A stretch of 64,000 nucleotides of DNA from contig CAWFJP010000031.1 in the NCBI GenBank assembly GCA_963816145.1, forward strand, positions 512,001 through 576,000, read 5' to 3'. This document shows positions 18,375 to 27,579 of the stretch, piece after piece (position 1 is the first letter of the stretch; every line of letters starts with the position of its first letter). The notes below the pieces were generated by a model. The model searched no databases, was not told the DNA's origin, and saw only the letters and a list, made by a program, of their open reading frames with translations. This DNA is from an uncultured delta proteobacterium. Lineage in GTDB: Bacteria > Desulfobacterota > Binatia > UBA9968. A program made the translations under genes and the position numbers.

Positions 18375-19439
18375 CTAATTGACGCCGTAAAATATCTTGG
18401 CGTTTTTTCCCAGGATCGCTTCTTTGTCGGCCAGACTGAGATCTTCGCGGCTGAGAATATGCTGGAGCTCGATGCGGCAGGACTTGGCGTCGAAGCTCTC
18501 GTGCGGAAAGTCGGTGGCGAAGACGAAAGATTCGTTACCTGCTTCCTTGACCGCGTAGCCGAGGCCGTGATCGTCGCCGTCGAAACCGACAAAAATTTTG
18601 CCGGCTTTGGCTTGGCGGCGGAAATATTCGCTGGCCATCACGTCAGGTTGCGAGCTCGGCAAAAAGTCCCCATGAATGTCGACCTGCAGATGATGCGGGT
18701 AGGAGCGATCGAGACGATCCATGAAGAAAGGCACCCAAGTCGCGCCGCCTTCGAGGAAACCGACGCGCAGTTTGGGGTAGCGATCGAACACGCCGTAGGA
18801 CAGCATCGCGGCTGCTTGGGCCATGATGCCAAACGGATGGCCGAGGGCGTGCACCGGATAGTAAACGCCGATGCTGTCCATGCCTAAATGGTGCAGCGCG
18901 CCGACGTGAACCGCCAGGGGCGCGTTCAGTTTTTCGGCTTCCTCGTAAATCGGCCAATAGATTTTTGAGCCGTAGTGGCCTTTGATGCCCTCGCCGTTGG
19001 ATGGCAGCATGGCGCCGGCCATGCCGAGTTCTTTTATCGCGCGGCGCAATTCTTCACAGGCGGCCTGGCTGTCTTGGATCGGTATCAGCGCCATGCCTTT
19101 GATGCGCGGTGTGACCTTGGTGAATTTTTCATAAAGCCAATTGTTATAAGCCCGGCAAGCGGCGATAGCCCAGTCCTCTGCGATGATCCGCCCGACCGCC
19201 AGGCCGGCTGTGGGATAGACGACGGTCCAATCGATCTCGGTCTCGTCCAAGAAATCGAGCCACTCTTTGGGCCCGACGTCGCCGGTGCGCGAGCGCTTTT
19301 CACCGCCTTCCAAATAATGAAAGTGAATGTGATCGAAGGCGGGGAATACCTGAGTGCGATTGCCCGCCGGCATGAATTTGGAAATTTCATCCATGCAGGG
19401 GCGGTCGTTGACATGGCCGTCAGCGTCGATGATTTGCAT
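18375..19439 (-). CDS. Amidohydrolase-2 family protein
   Basis: IIDADGH, LAVH, FLEGG and FATDFPH metal-ligand motifs. Confidence 0.88.
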   Translation of the reverse strand: MQIIDADGHVNDRPCMDEISKFMPAGNRTQVFPAFDHIHFHYLEGGEKRSRTGDVGPKEWLDFLDETEIDWTVVYPTAGLAVGRIIAEDWAIAACRAYNNWLYEKFTKVTPRIKGMALIPIQDSQAACEELRRAIKELGMAGAMLPSNGEGIKGHYGSKIYWPIYEEAEKLNAPLAVHVGALHHLGMDSIGVYYPVHALGHPFGIMAQAAAMLSYGVFDRYPKLRVGFLEGGATWVPFFMDRLDRSYPHHLQVDIHGDFLPSSQPDVMASEYFRRQAKAGKIFVGFDGDDHGLGYAVKEAGNESFVFATDFPHESFDAKSCRIELQHILSREDLSLADKEAILGKNAKIFYGVN

Positions 19440-19661
19440 TGTTCTGATATACCTTTCGTTGAAACTTGTATGGGCTATAACAAGTTGTCTTCGCTGGTGT
19501 CAACGCGGACGGGGAAAGTGATTTAGATGCTAGTGAATTAGTGAATGGTTCGCCCGTGTTTTTCTAATCACTAACCCCTAGTCACTAACTCACTGCACTC
19601 GTGTTGACCGGAGAATTCGTGCCGTGATAGTTGGAGGTTTCTATCATCGATGGAGGATTTG

Positions 19662-20666
19662 ATGAAATTCGTCATAACGGTTCTAACTCTTGCGGCCTTG
19701 TTGTCGGTGTCGTCATCTTTCGCCCAGGATGCGAAAACGATTGAAGCAGCCAAGAAAGAAGGCGGCAAAGTTGTCATCTATGGTTCGCTTGAGACGCCGG
19801 TGCTGGAGGGTGTGATGCAAGCGTTCCGCAAGAAAACCGGCCTCAACGCCGAGTATTGGCGCGCCTCGGCGATGAGCGTGATGAATCGGGCGATTACGGA
19901 ATATCGCGCCGGTAATCCGCTATTCGATGTCGTGCTCAATAACTCCGATCCTCTGGTCATTATGGCCCAGGACGGCATGCTCGCCAAATATGATTCGCCG
20001 ACGGCAAAAAAATATCCCAGCGATCAAATCGAGCCACGCTTCGGACCGATCACGCGCTACGGTATCGTCGGCGTGGTTTACAATAAGAGTCTCATTAAAC
20101 CGGAAGACGCGCCAAAGAGCGTTGAGGATATCGTCAATCCGAAATACAAAGGCAAGTTGGTGATGGCCGATCCGACCCTGCATGTCACGACGATTCAATG
20201 GCTGAGCAGCCTGCACAGGATTATGGCTAAGGATAAGACGGAAAAATTCATCCGCGACTTGGCAGCCATGAAGCCGGTACTGGTGGAATCCATGTTGCCG
20301 GCGTCTGAACGCGTCGCCACCGGTGAAATTCCCATCGGCCTGACCTTCGTCAAATTTGCCTATAGCGCGGCGCAAAGCGGCGCACCGCTGGACTATGTGC
20401 GGGTCGACAGGATGCTCGGTGATTCTCATTTCGTCGTGCTCGGCAACAAAGCGCCCCACGTGAATGCCGGTAAGGCGTTCGTCGACTTCTACCTCGACGA
20501 TGAAACGATGAAAATTCTCGCCCAGAGCGGCGAGTTCGTGAATCGCAAAGGAATCTATCCACCTCTGCCGGGCGCGGAGAAGATTCAATATGTCCAGATG
20601 GACGTGCTCGAGTCGAAAGCGTTCGAGGAGAAGAAAAAGGAGTTCGGCAAGATTTTTTTGAAGTGA
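19662..20666 (+). CDS. Extracellular solute-binding protein (Fe/thiamine/polyamine-type)
   Basis: Signal peptide; AAKKEGGKVVIYGS, VYN..L and KAPHVNAGKAFVDF motifs. Confidence 0.85.
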   Translation: MKFVITVLTLAALLSVSSSFAQDAKTIEAAKKEGGKVVIYGSLETPVLEGVMQAFRKKTGLNAEYWRASAMSVMNRAITEYRAGNPLFDVVLNNSDPLVIMAQDGMLAKYDSPTAKKYPSDQIEPRFGPITRYGIVGVVYNKSLIKPEDAPKSVEDIVNPKYKGKLVMADPTLHVTTIQWLSSLHRIMAKDKTEKFIRDLAAMKPVLVESMLPASERVATGEIPIGLTFVKFAYSAAQSGAPLDYVRVDRMLGDSHFVVLGNKAPHVNAGKAFVDFYLDDETMKILAQSGEFVNRKGIYPPLPGAEKIQYVQMDVLESKAFEEKKKEFGKIFLK

Positions 20667-20710
20667 TGGTGCGTGGTTAATTTTATTTAGATGATCGAAA
20701 GATCGAGTTC

Positions 20711-20858
20711 GTCATGCCGGTGAAAACCGGCATCCATCTTCTGATGTGATTCGCGGGCCATAAACCTGTATCCTGCCGTGCGCCGCAATGACGGAAATCG
20801 GTCTCGACTTCCGAACGGTAAGTTTAGAACCACTTAGTTTCAAGCTGCAGGTTCTTCA
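20711..20858. repeat. Degenerate copy of the composite family B element
   Basis: Shares CATCCATCTT, AAACCTG, AATGACG, TCGACTTCC, TTTAGAACC and terminal TTCA with 15770-15920. Confidence 0.75.
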
Positions 20859-21401
20859 ACGACTTTGTGAATCCGACTTAGCCGATTTTTTTAATTTCAA
20901 CTTGTAGATTTCTTTTCGCTTCACATATCCCGCCGCCGCCCGGTGCATTTTCTCGATATCCTCATCGGTGAGTTCGCGGATGACTTTGGCTGGCGAGCCG
21001 AGTATGAGTTTGCGTTCACCATAGGTTTTCCCTTCCGGCACTAAGGCGCCGGCTCCCACTAGACAGTCTCTGCCAATTACAGCGCCGTTCATGACCACGG
21101 CTTGGATGCCGATAAGCGAGCCGTCGCCGATGGTGCAGCCATGCAGCATGGCCTGGTGGCCGATGGTGACGTTGTCACCGACGGTGAGCGGAAATCCCGG
21201 ATCGGCGTGCAGCACGGCATTGTCTTGGACGTTGCTGCCATTGCCGATGGTAATCGAATCGTTGTCGCCGCGGATGACGACTCCGAACCAAATGCTGGCG
21301 TTCTCGCCTAGAATAACTTTTCCGATGAGCGTGGCTTCGGGCGCTGTGTAGGCTGAAGCGGGGATGATTGGTTTGTCGTTGCCGAGTTGGTAGATGGGCA
21401 T
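20856..21401 (-). CDS. Gamma carbonic anhydrase family protein
   Basis: Hexapeptide repeats; RGD, NVQDNAVLH and GHQAMLHGC zinc ligands. Confidence 0.92.
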   Translation of the reverse strand: MPIYQLGNDKPIIPASAYTAPEATLIGKVILGENASIWFGVVIRGDNDSITIGNGSNVQDNAVLHADPGFPLTVGDNVTIGHQAMLHGCTIGDGSLIGIQAVVMNGAVIGRDCLVGAGALVPEGKTYGERKLILGSPAKVIRELTDEDIEKMHRAAAGYVKRKEIYKLKLKKSAKSDSQSR

Positions 21402-21420
21402 GGTTCGCTCCGCTGATTAG

Positions 21421-21545
21421 GTTCCAATAGTTCCAGCCGTTCCAAACGTTGCACCCCCACCTCTTTCCTCCCCCGCGTCGCGGGGGAGGATGAAGGAGGG
21501 GGATGGAACGGAGCGCGGCGGTGGAACGGCTGGAACCATTGGAAC
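21421..21545. repeat. Inverted GTTCCA-NNN 9-mer array enclosing a CCTCCCCCGC-GCGGGGGAGG palindrome
   Basis: 9-mers also at 42116-42156; inner palindrome also at 43220-43267. Confidence 0.85.
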
Positions 21546-21553
21546 ATTTTTAC

Positions 21554-22993
21554 TTATCGCAATCCAAAAAACTTCCGCCCCAATTTAGCCAGTACTTTCT
21601 TTCGCAGCTCTGCGCTAGTTTCTGCCACCTCAGGAAATTTATTCATCCATTCATAGGGGCGGCAGGCGTCGATGACCGCGCGCGAATTCAAAAATACTTT
21701 GGAGTCGGGATGGATCATCGGGTCCAGTGCGCTGGACCAGCTGCGCCGCTGGATGTCAATGTCGTCCGCCGGATCGCAGCGCGTCGACAGCGCCCAGACG
21801 ACGTCATCGATGCGCGTCGGATCAATGTCGTCGTCGACGACGATGGTAAAACGATTCTGGTAGCCGCCGGAGAAACATTGCGAGGCGATCATGCCGGCTT
21901 GTTTCACATGGCCGGGGTAGCGCTGCTTGATGGCGACGACGGTGAACTGGCGCGGCCCGGGCTCGTGAGACCAGACGCCTTTGACGTCGGGAATGCCGGC
22001 CTTTTCCATTTCCTCCCACACATGGGCGGAGCGCGTGATCGCGCGCAATAGCGTCAGCGTGTGCGGCGGGCGCGCCGGGTTGGCGCAGGAGACGATGGGA
22101 TCGTTGCGATACAGAATTCTCTTGACGCGGATGAAAGGTTCAGGACTGCGCGGGCTAGCGTAGTAGCCGGGCCATTCGCCGAATGGACCTTCGTCTTTGA
22201 ATTCGCCGGGCCGGATCTCGCCTTCGACGACGATCTCGGCGTCGGCCGGATAGGGCAGGCCGGTAATGTCGCTGCGGATGACTTTTGTCGGCGTGCCGCG
22301 CAGACCGCCGGCGTAGTCGAATTCGCTGACGCCCGCCGGCACCGGACAGGCCGCGGCGAACCAGTCGAGAGGATCGCTGCCGAGGACGACGTTCACCGGC
22401 ATCGCTTGGTTCTTGTCAAAATATTTCTGTTTGTGAATGAAGGCGTGCTTCCCTGGGCCGATGTAAATGCTCAGCGTGTTCTTGTCCTGGGACATGATCC
22501 TGTAGGTGCCGACGTTGATCCAATCCGAATCAGGGTCTTTGGTGATGACCAAATGACCGGTGCCGATGTACCGGCCGCCATCTTTTTCATGCATGAGTGG
22601 CGAAGGGAAAATCGACAGGTCGATATCGTTGCCTTCTTGGACGTTTTCATGAACCGCGCCGGATTTGACGTCTTCCATGGGCAGCGGCGCGGTGCGCTTC
22701 ATGCGCTCATGATACATGCGGGTGAATTCCAACACGTGATCGAATTCCTCGGTGACGCCAAGGGTCAGCGCGATGCGCTTTGGCGAGGCGAAGTGGCCGA
22801 ACAATGCGCGATAACCGGGCTGGTGATCTTTGATCTTGTCGAAGATCAGCGTCGGCGCATAGGGCGGATGCTCGCGGTAGAGCACGTCGACGATGGCGCC
22901 CATCTCGAGGTTCCAGTCGATGTTCTCGAGAGTGGCGAGTTCGCCGAGGGCGTCGACTTTAGTCAGCCAGTCGCGCAGGCCGTTGTAGTTCAT
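21554..22993 (-). CDS. UbiD family (prFMN-dependent) decarboxylase
   Basis: DGGRYIGT, NVGTYR, EGPFGEWPGYY and VDDDID...WALSTR motifs. Confidence 0.92.
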   Translation of the reverse strand: MNYNGLRDWLTKVDALGELATLENIDWNLEMGAIVDVLYREHPPYAPTLIFDKIKDHQPGYRALFGHFASPKRIALTLGVTEEFDHVLEFTRMYHERMKRTAPLPMEDVKSGAVHENVQEGNDIDLSIFPSPLMHEKDGGRYIGTGHLVITKDPDSDWINVGTYRIMSQDKNTLSIYIGPGKHAFIHKQKYFDKNQAMPVNVVLGSDPLDWFAAACPVPAGVSEFDYAGGLRGTPTKVIRSDITGLPYPADAEIVVEGEIRPGEFKDEGPFGEWPGYYASPRSPEPFIRVKRILYRNDPIVSCANPARPPHTLTLLRAITRSAHVWEEMEKAGIPDVKGVWSHEPGPRQFTVVAIKQRYPGHVKQAGMIASQCFSGGYQNRFTIVVDDDIDPTRIDDVVWALSTRCDPADDIDIQRRSWSSALDPMIHPDSKVFLNSRAVIDACRPYEWMNKFPEVAETSAELRKKVLAKLGRKFFGLR

Positions 22994-23020
22994 GGTTGCT
23001 CCGTTGATGTTCAAGACTTT

Positions 23021-23092
23021 TCACCACGAAGACACGAAGGACACGAAGTTCGGATGATTAATCGTCCGAACCCTGCGTGTCCTTCGTGGTGA
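23021..23092. repeat. REP-like palindrome, family A
   Basis: TCACCACGAAGACACGAAGGACACGAAGTTCGGA..TCCGAA..CTTCGTGGTGA. Confidence 0.9.
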
Positions 23093-23095
23093 GAC

Positions 23096-24592
23096 CTATC
23101 TCCGCGTATTACGCCGGGCTGTCGGTCTTCGAGCTGACTTCCCCAGCGTGAGCGAGATGTCGTTGCGGCGGATGTGGATATGGCTGGTGTCTTTTTTCTT
23201 GGTCAGTTCTTCGATCAGTTGCAAAAGCGGCAATTTGCCGTCGAGTTTTGGCTTGGGCGCGCCGGCGCTCATGAGGGCGTCGACGTTGTCGCTGCCGGCA
23301 TAGACGCGCAGTAACAATTCTTCATCGGAAAGCGACGGGCCGCCGAATTTATTGCGGATCTCTTTGAGCGACGGTTGCGGCGGGGTCCATGCGGTCCACT
23401 CCTTGGCGCGACCGCGGTTCAGAATGCGATCCTTGACGTTAGGCTCCATGATTTCCGTCGCTTCGGCGCCCCAGACGCCGAGGGCGTACTGGATCACCTG
23501 GTCGGTGACTTCTTTGTAGCGCTCGCCGACGATGACGTTGATCGCCGCCTGGGTGCCGACGAATTGCGACAACGGTGTGACCATGATCGGGTAGCCGAAC
23601 TCGGCGCGCACGCGCGCGGCTTCTGCCAAAGTCGCCGGCAGTTTGTCTTCCATGCCGACCAAGCGCAGCTGATGACGCAGGTTAGAAATCATGCCACCGG
23701 GCACTTGATGGAGATATTGCGTATGATCATAGGCGAGCGGTTGGCCGACGGCGAGCCCGTCTCGCTCGGCGATGGCGGTGAAATGCTTGGTCACCGGCTT
23801 CAACGGCTCCTCGTTGATCTGCGGGGTGAAACCGACGGCGCGCAGATTTTTCGCCATGTTGAAAATCGACGGCTGCGACGAGCCATTGGCCAGAGGTGGA
23901 ATCGACGTGTGGATGGTTTTGATGCCGAGCTTGGCCGCTTCGAGATAGCAGAGCGGCCCCAGGCCGTTGTTGCAATGGGCGTGAAACTCCACCGGGGTTG
24001 CGCCGGCATTCCTGATGATCACGGGGATCAGCGTGCGCGCGCGCTCGGGTGTCAACAAGCCGCCGACGTCCTTGAAGCAAACGCGGTAAGGAGCGATCTC
24101 ACCGGCCTCCTTGGCCTTTTGCGCGTAGTATTCGTCCGTGTGGCGCGGCGATACCGAGTAGATCAGGTTGACGATGGTTTCCATGCCCAACTGGCGCAGC
24201 TCGAACAGCTCTTCTTTGAAGCCGCGAAAATCGTTCCAGCAAGTCGACGTGCGGGTCAGCGTAATGCCATAGGAAACAATTCGTTCCACCAGCAGCTTCA
24301 TGATCGCGCTAGGTAGCTTCTCGAAGGCGCCGGAACCATGGATGCCGCCGTGCAGGCGCAGCTTGGTATGGCGAAATTTCTTCGCGCCCTGGCGAATCCA
24401 GTCCCAGGGATTTTCTTTGTGCTCGCGGACGTACTTTTTGATCATGTTGGAGCTGAAGAACTCCAACGACTCGAAGCCGGCCCGGTCCATCTGCTCGGCG
24501 GCGCCGAGCATGGCGTCGGTCTTCATGTTCAACGCCCACAGGCTTTGCTGGCCGTCGCGCAGGGTGGTGTCGACGAAAGAAATGTCTTTCAT
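23096..24592 (-). CDS. Pyruvate/oxaloacetate carboxyltransferase-like protein (PycB/OadA/5S type) without biotinyl domain
   Basis: DTTLRDGQQSL, FKDVGG, HAH, HQVPGGM and MVTPLSQ motifs; no AMKM motif. Confidence 0.88.
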   Translation of the reverse strand: MKDISFVDTTLRDGQQSLWALNMKTDAMLGAAEQMDRAGFESLEFFSSNMIKKYVREHKENPWDWIRQGAKKFRHTKLRLHGGIHGSGAFEKLPSAIMKLLVERIVSYGITLTRTSTCWNDFRGFKEELFELRQLGMETIVNLIYSVSPRHTDEYYAQKAKEAGEIAPYRVCFKDVGGLLTPERARTLIPVIIRNAGATPVEFHAHCNNGLGPLCYLEAAKLGIKTIHTSIPPLANGSSQPSIFNMAKNLRAVGFTPQINEEPLKPVTKHFTAIAERDGLAVGQPLAYDHTQYLHQVPGGMISNLRHQLRLVGMEDKLPATLAEAARVRAEFGYPIMVTPLSQFVGTQAAINVIVGERYKEVTDQVIQYALGVWGAEATEIMEPNVKDRILNRGRAKEWTAWTPPQPSLKEIRNKFGGPSLSDEELLLRVYAGSDNVDALMSAGAPKPKLDGKLPLLQLIEELTKKKDTSHIHIRRNDISLTLGKSARRPTARRNTRR

Positions 24593-24625
24593 AGCGGTCT
24601 TTTCTTCGCGGACGGCTTGCGCGGC

Positions 24626-25591
24626 CTAGCGTTTGGCCGGTAGCTGCCCGCTCTGCGCCAGTTCTTTGAGTATCGAGTAGTCGGTGAGCTTGGAGCGGTC
24701 GACGGTGGTCGCCCGTTTGTCGACGTAGGACACCATCTTGATTAGGTTCTCGATCGCCGCTTCTGGCGCTACCAGGTCGACGGTAGCGCGCTGGCGCATC
24801 TGCTCGTAGGCGTAGTCGATGGTTTCTTTTTCATTGGTGCCGATGATTTTTCGCAGCACATCGATGGAGCCTTCGCGGTTGGTAATCATGTATTGAGTCG
24901 CTTCCAAATTGGCTTTGACGAAGCGGGTCCATTTGCCGCGGTTGGCCTTTAACGATGCCGCGGTGACCGTAAGCGGGCCGTTCATAAATGGAGTTTTCTT
25001 GCTGGGGACGAGATGGAAGCCTAGTTGTTTCATTTTCGGTTCGAAAGCGAAATCCACCGGCGCGGCATCGATGCCGCCACGCAGGAGTGCCGCCAAGCGT
25101 TCCTGCGATCCGCCCAGTTGTAAGAGCGTCACATCTTTAGAGGTGTTGAGACCGGCGTCTTCGAGCATGACCCGCAAGATCAACGACGATTTGCCGCCGA
25201 GCCGGTTGATGCCGACCTTCTTGCCGCGGAGCTGTGACAGGTCGTCTATTTTCTCTTTCGTCATCACGGTGTAGGAAACCAGATTGTCCCAGCTCCCTAG
25301 AGATACCACCGAGACGCCTTGGAGATTGGACTGGACAAGCCCCGTCGGCGCGCCCGATGTGGCGTCGATATCGCCGGAGATCAACGCTTGGTAGGTCGTC
25401 GGCTCGCTATTGATACGGATGATCTCCGCTTTTAAACCATTTCTCTCGAACATTCCTTTTTCATGGGCGATCAAGACCGGATAGGATACAGTTGGGAAGA
25501 GCGGCACGCCAATACGCACGCGATCCTGCGCCGCTGCTGTCGCGGCGGCCACGATCGACAGCAATAAGCAAAATAGTGCTGAATGTTTCAT
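24626..25591 (-). CDS. ABC substrate-binding protein (NMT1/THI5-like)
   Basis: Signal peptide; LRGKKVGINR and ERLAALLRGGIDA motifs. Confidence 0.85.
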   Translation of the reverse strand: MKHSALFCLLLSIVAAATAAAQDRVRIGVPLFPTVSYPVLIAHEKGMFERNGLKAEIIRINSEPTTYQALISGDIDATSGAPTGLVQSNLQGVSVVSLGSWDNLVSYTVMTKEKIDDLSQLRGKKVGINRLGGKSSLILRVMLEDAGLNTSKDVTLLQLGGSQERLAALLRGGIDAAPVDFAFEPKMKQLGFHLVPSKKTPFMNGPLTVTAASLKANRGKWTRFVKANLEATQYMITNREGSIDVLRKIIGTNEKETIDYAYEQMRQRATVDLVAPEAAIENLIKMVSYVDKRATTVDRSKLTDYSILKELAQSGQLPAKR

Positions 25592-25721
25592 AGATCTCCT
25601 TGAATTTTGACGCTCTCAAACGACTGCGCGCATTATGGTTTAAGTGCTGCAACGGTTTCAAGGGTATTTCGGTTGAAACTACAGGCGTCAATATCATGAG
25701 GAAGCTGATTTTAGCTTGCCA

Positions 25722-25750
25722 TTGACATTGTTGTGGAGAAAACGTACTCT
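25722..25750 (+). promoter_or_regulatory. Putative sigma70 promoter of the RRM gene
   Basis: TTGACA-17 nt-TACTCT. Confidence 0.6.
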
Positions 25751-25951
25751 CCTTGTATCTTCTTCAGTAAACGGCCTTCTGGTAGAGGACATAACAAAGG
25801 TTGAAGGCCCCTGTCAGTCTCTCCTTGCGAACAAAAGTCTAAAGGACATTCCGATCAGAGCTTTGCAGTTAGCTCCCATGCTCGGTTCCCATTAGCAGAT
25901 CATTTCTCAGGGTAAAAGACATTAACATTCTCTTTTAGGAGGGGAACAAAC

Positions 25952-26302
25952 ATGGGTAGTAAATTATATGTGGGCGGTTTGCCCTATTCGGTGACCGGCG
26001 ATCGGTTGCAAGAAATCTTCTCGGCACATGGCGAGGTCACCTCGGCCAATGTGATTTCCGATAAGTTCACCGGTCAATCGCGCGGTTTCGGCTTCGTCGA
26101 AATGAGCTCGGGAAGCGAAGCGCAAAAGGCGATCGAAAGCCTCAACGGCACTCAGCTCGATGGCCGCACCTTGACCGTCAATGAAGCCAAACCGATGGCC
26201 AAGCGTGAAGGCTTTGGCGGCGGGGGAGGCGGTGGCAATCGTGGCGGTGGCGGCGGTGGTCGCGGTGGCCGCGATGGCGGTGGCCGGGGTAACCGCTGGT
26301 AG
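25952..26302 (+). CDS. RNA recognition motif (RRM) RNA-binding protein with Gly-rich tail
   Basis: RNP2 LYVGGL, RNP1 RGFGFVEM, RGG tail; AGGAGG RBS. Confidence 0.95.
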   Translation: MGSKLYVGGLPYSVTGDRLQEIFSAHGEVTSANVISDKFTGQSRGFGFVEMSSGSEAQKAIESLNGTQLDGRTLTVNEAKPMAKREGFGGGGGGGNRGGGGGGRGGRDGGGRGNRW

Positions 26303-26325
26303 AGTTTCGCAAGGGAAATAACTGC

Positions 26326-26358
26326 AAAAAGGGCAACCGTTTCGGTTGCCCTTTTTTT
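26326..26358 (+). terminator. Rho-independent terminator (probably bidirectional)
   Basis: AAAAA-GGGCAACCG-TTT-CGGTTGCCC-TTTTTTT. Confidence 0.9.
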
Positions 26359-26388
26359 ATGGTGAAAGAACCGGGTTAGTGAATATCG

Positions 26389-27567
26389 ATGGAACAGTTT
26401 TTTGCCACCTGCCCACGCGGTCTGGAGATGATCCTGGTCGACGAATTGCGCCAACTGGGCGCCGACAAAGTCCACGCGGTTGGCGGCGGCGTGCAGTTCG
26501 GCGGCGATCTTCTGGTCTGCTACCGGGTCAATCTCGAAAGCCGGATCGCCAGCCGGGTGCTCTGGCAGGTGGCGAAGGCAGGCTATCGCGGGGAGAACGA
26601 TATTTATCGGATCGCTTATGCCGTGCCCTGGACCGAATGGTTCGATGCGGCGCGAACCATTCGTGTCGATGTCTCGGCAACCAAGAGCCCGCTTACGAGT
26701 CTCAACTTTGTCACGCTCAAGATCAAAGACGCGGTGTGCGACAAAATCCGCCGGTTGTCGCAGCGCCGGCCGAGCGTCGACACGCGCGATCCGGATATTC
26801 CGATTCAAGGGCACTTAACCGAACGCGACTTTTCGCTCTATCTCGATACTTCGGGCGAGGCGTTGTTCAAGCGCGGCCAGCGCATCGTCACCGGCGAGGC
26901 GCCGCTCCGAGAAAATCTCGCCGCGGGGATTTTGCGCTTGGCCGGCTGGTCTCCGGGTATCCCGTTGCTCGATCCGATGTGCGGCAGCGGGACGATTCTT
27001 GTCGAAGCGGCTTGCATCGCGCTTGATGTTCTGCCGGGGTTGGGGCGCCATTTCGCTTTCGAGAAATTTTACAACTTCAATGCGCTGGGTTGGCGCGAGT
27101 TGATCCAGCGCCGCACGGCGCGGAGAAAGTCGCGGATAGCGCAGCCAATCTATGGGAGCGATATCGATGGCGCCGTATTGAAAGCGGCGCAGGCCAATCT
27201 GGCCGGGGCTGGTCTAGAAAATGTCGTTAGTTTGAAGCGCGCTAGCGTCTTGGAAATCACCGCGCCGGCCAAAGCAGGCATCATCGTCAGCAATCCGCCC
27301 TATGGCGTACGGTTGGGCGAACAGCAGGCGCTGGCGGAACTTTATCCCAAGCTCGGCGATGTGCTGAAGCAGCAGTTCACCGGCTGGAGCGCTTACTTTC
27401 TCAGCGCCGACATGCAATTGCCGAAGCTGATCCGGCTCGCGACCTCGAAACGCACGCCGCTTTTTAACGGCGCCCTCGACTGCCGGCTGTTCGAATACAA
27501 GATGGTCGAAGGCGGGATGCGAAAGAAAGACCCAGCGCAAACTCGAGGCGAACCACCGGTTATTTGA
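26389..27567 (+). CDS. rlmL: THUMP-domain rRNA methyltransferase (RlmL-like, stand-alone)
   Basis: FFATCPRGLE, APLRENLAAG, DPMCGSGT and SNPPYG motifs. Confidence 0.85.
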   Translation: MEQFFATCPRGLEMILVDELRQLGADKVHAVGGGVQFGGDLLVCYRVNLESRIASRVLWQVAKAGYRGENDIYRIAYAVPWTEWFDAARTIRVDVSATKSPLTSLNFVTLKIKDAVCDKIRRLSQRRPSVDTRDPDIPIQGHLTERDFSLYLDTSGEALFKRGQRIVTGEAPLRENLAAGILRLAGWSPGIPLLDPMCGSGTILVEAACIALDVLPGLGRHFAFEKFYNFNALGWRELIQRRTARRKSRIAQPIYGSDIDGAVLKAAQANLAGAGLENVVSLKRASVLEITAPAKAGIIVSNPPYGVRLGEQQALAELYPKLGDVLKQQFTGWSAYFLSADMQLPKLIRLATSKRTPLFNGALDCRLFEYKMVEGGMRKKDPAQTRGEPPVI

Positions 27568-27579
27568 ACGTCCTTACCG

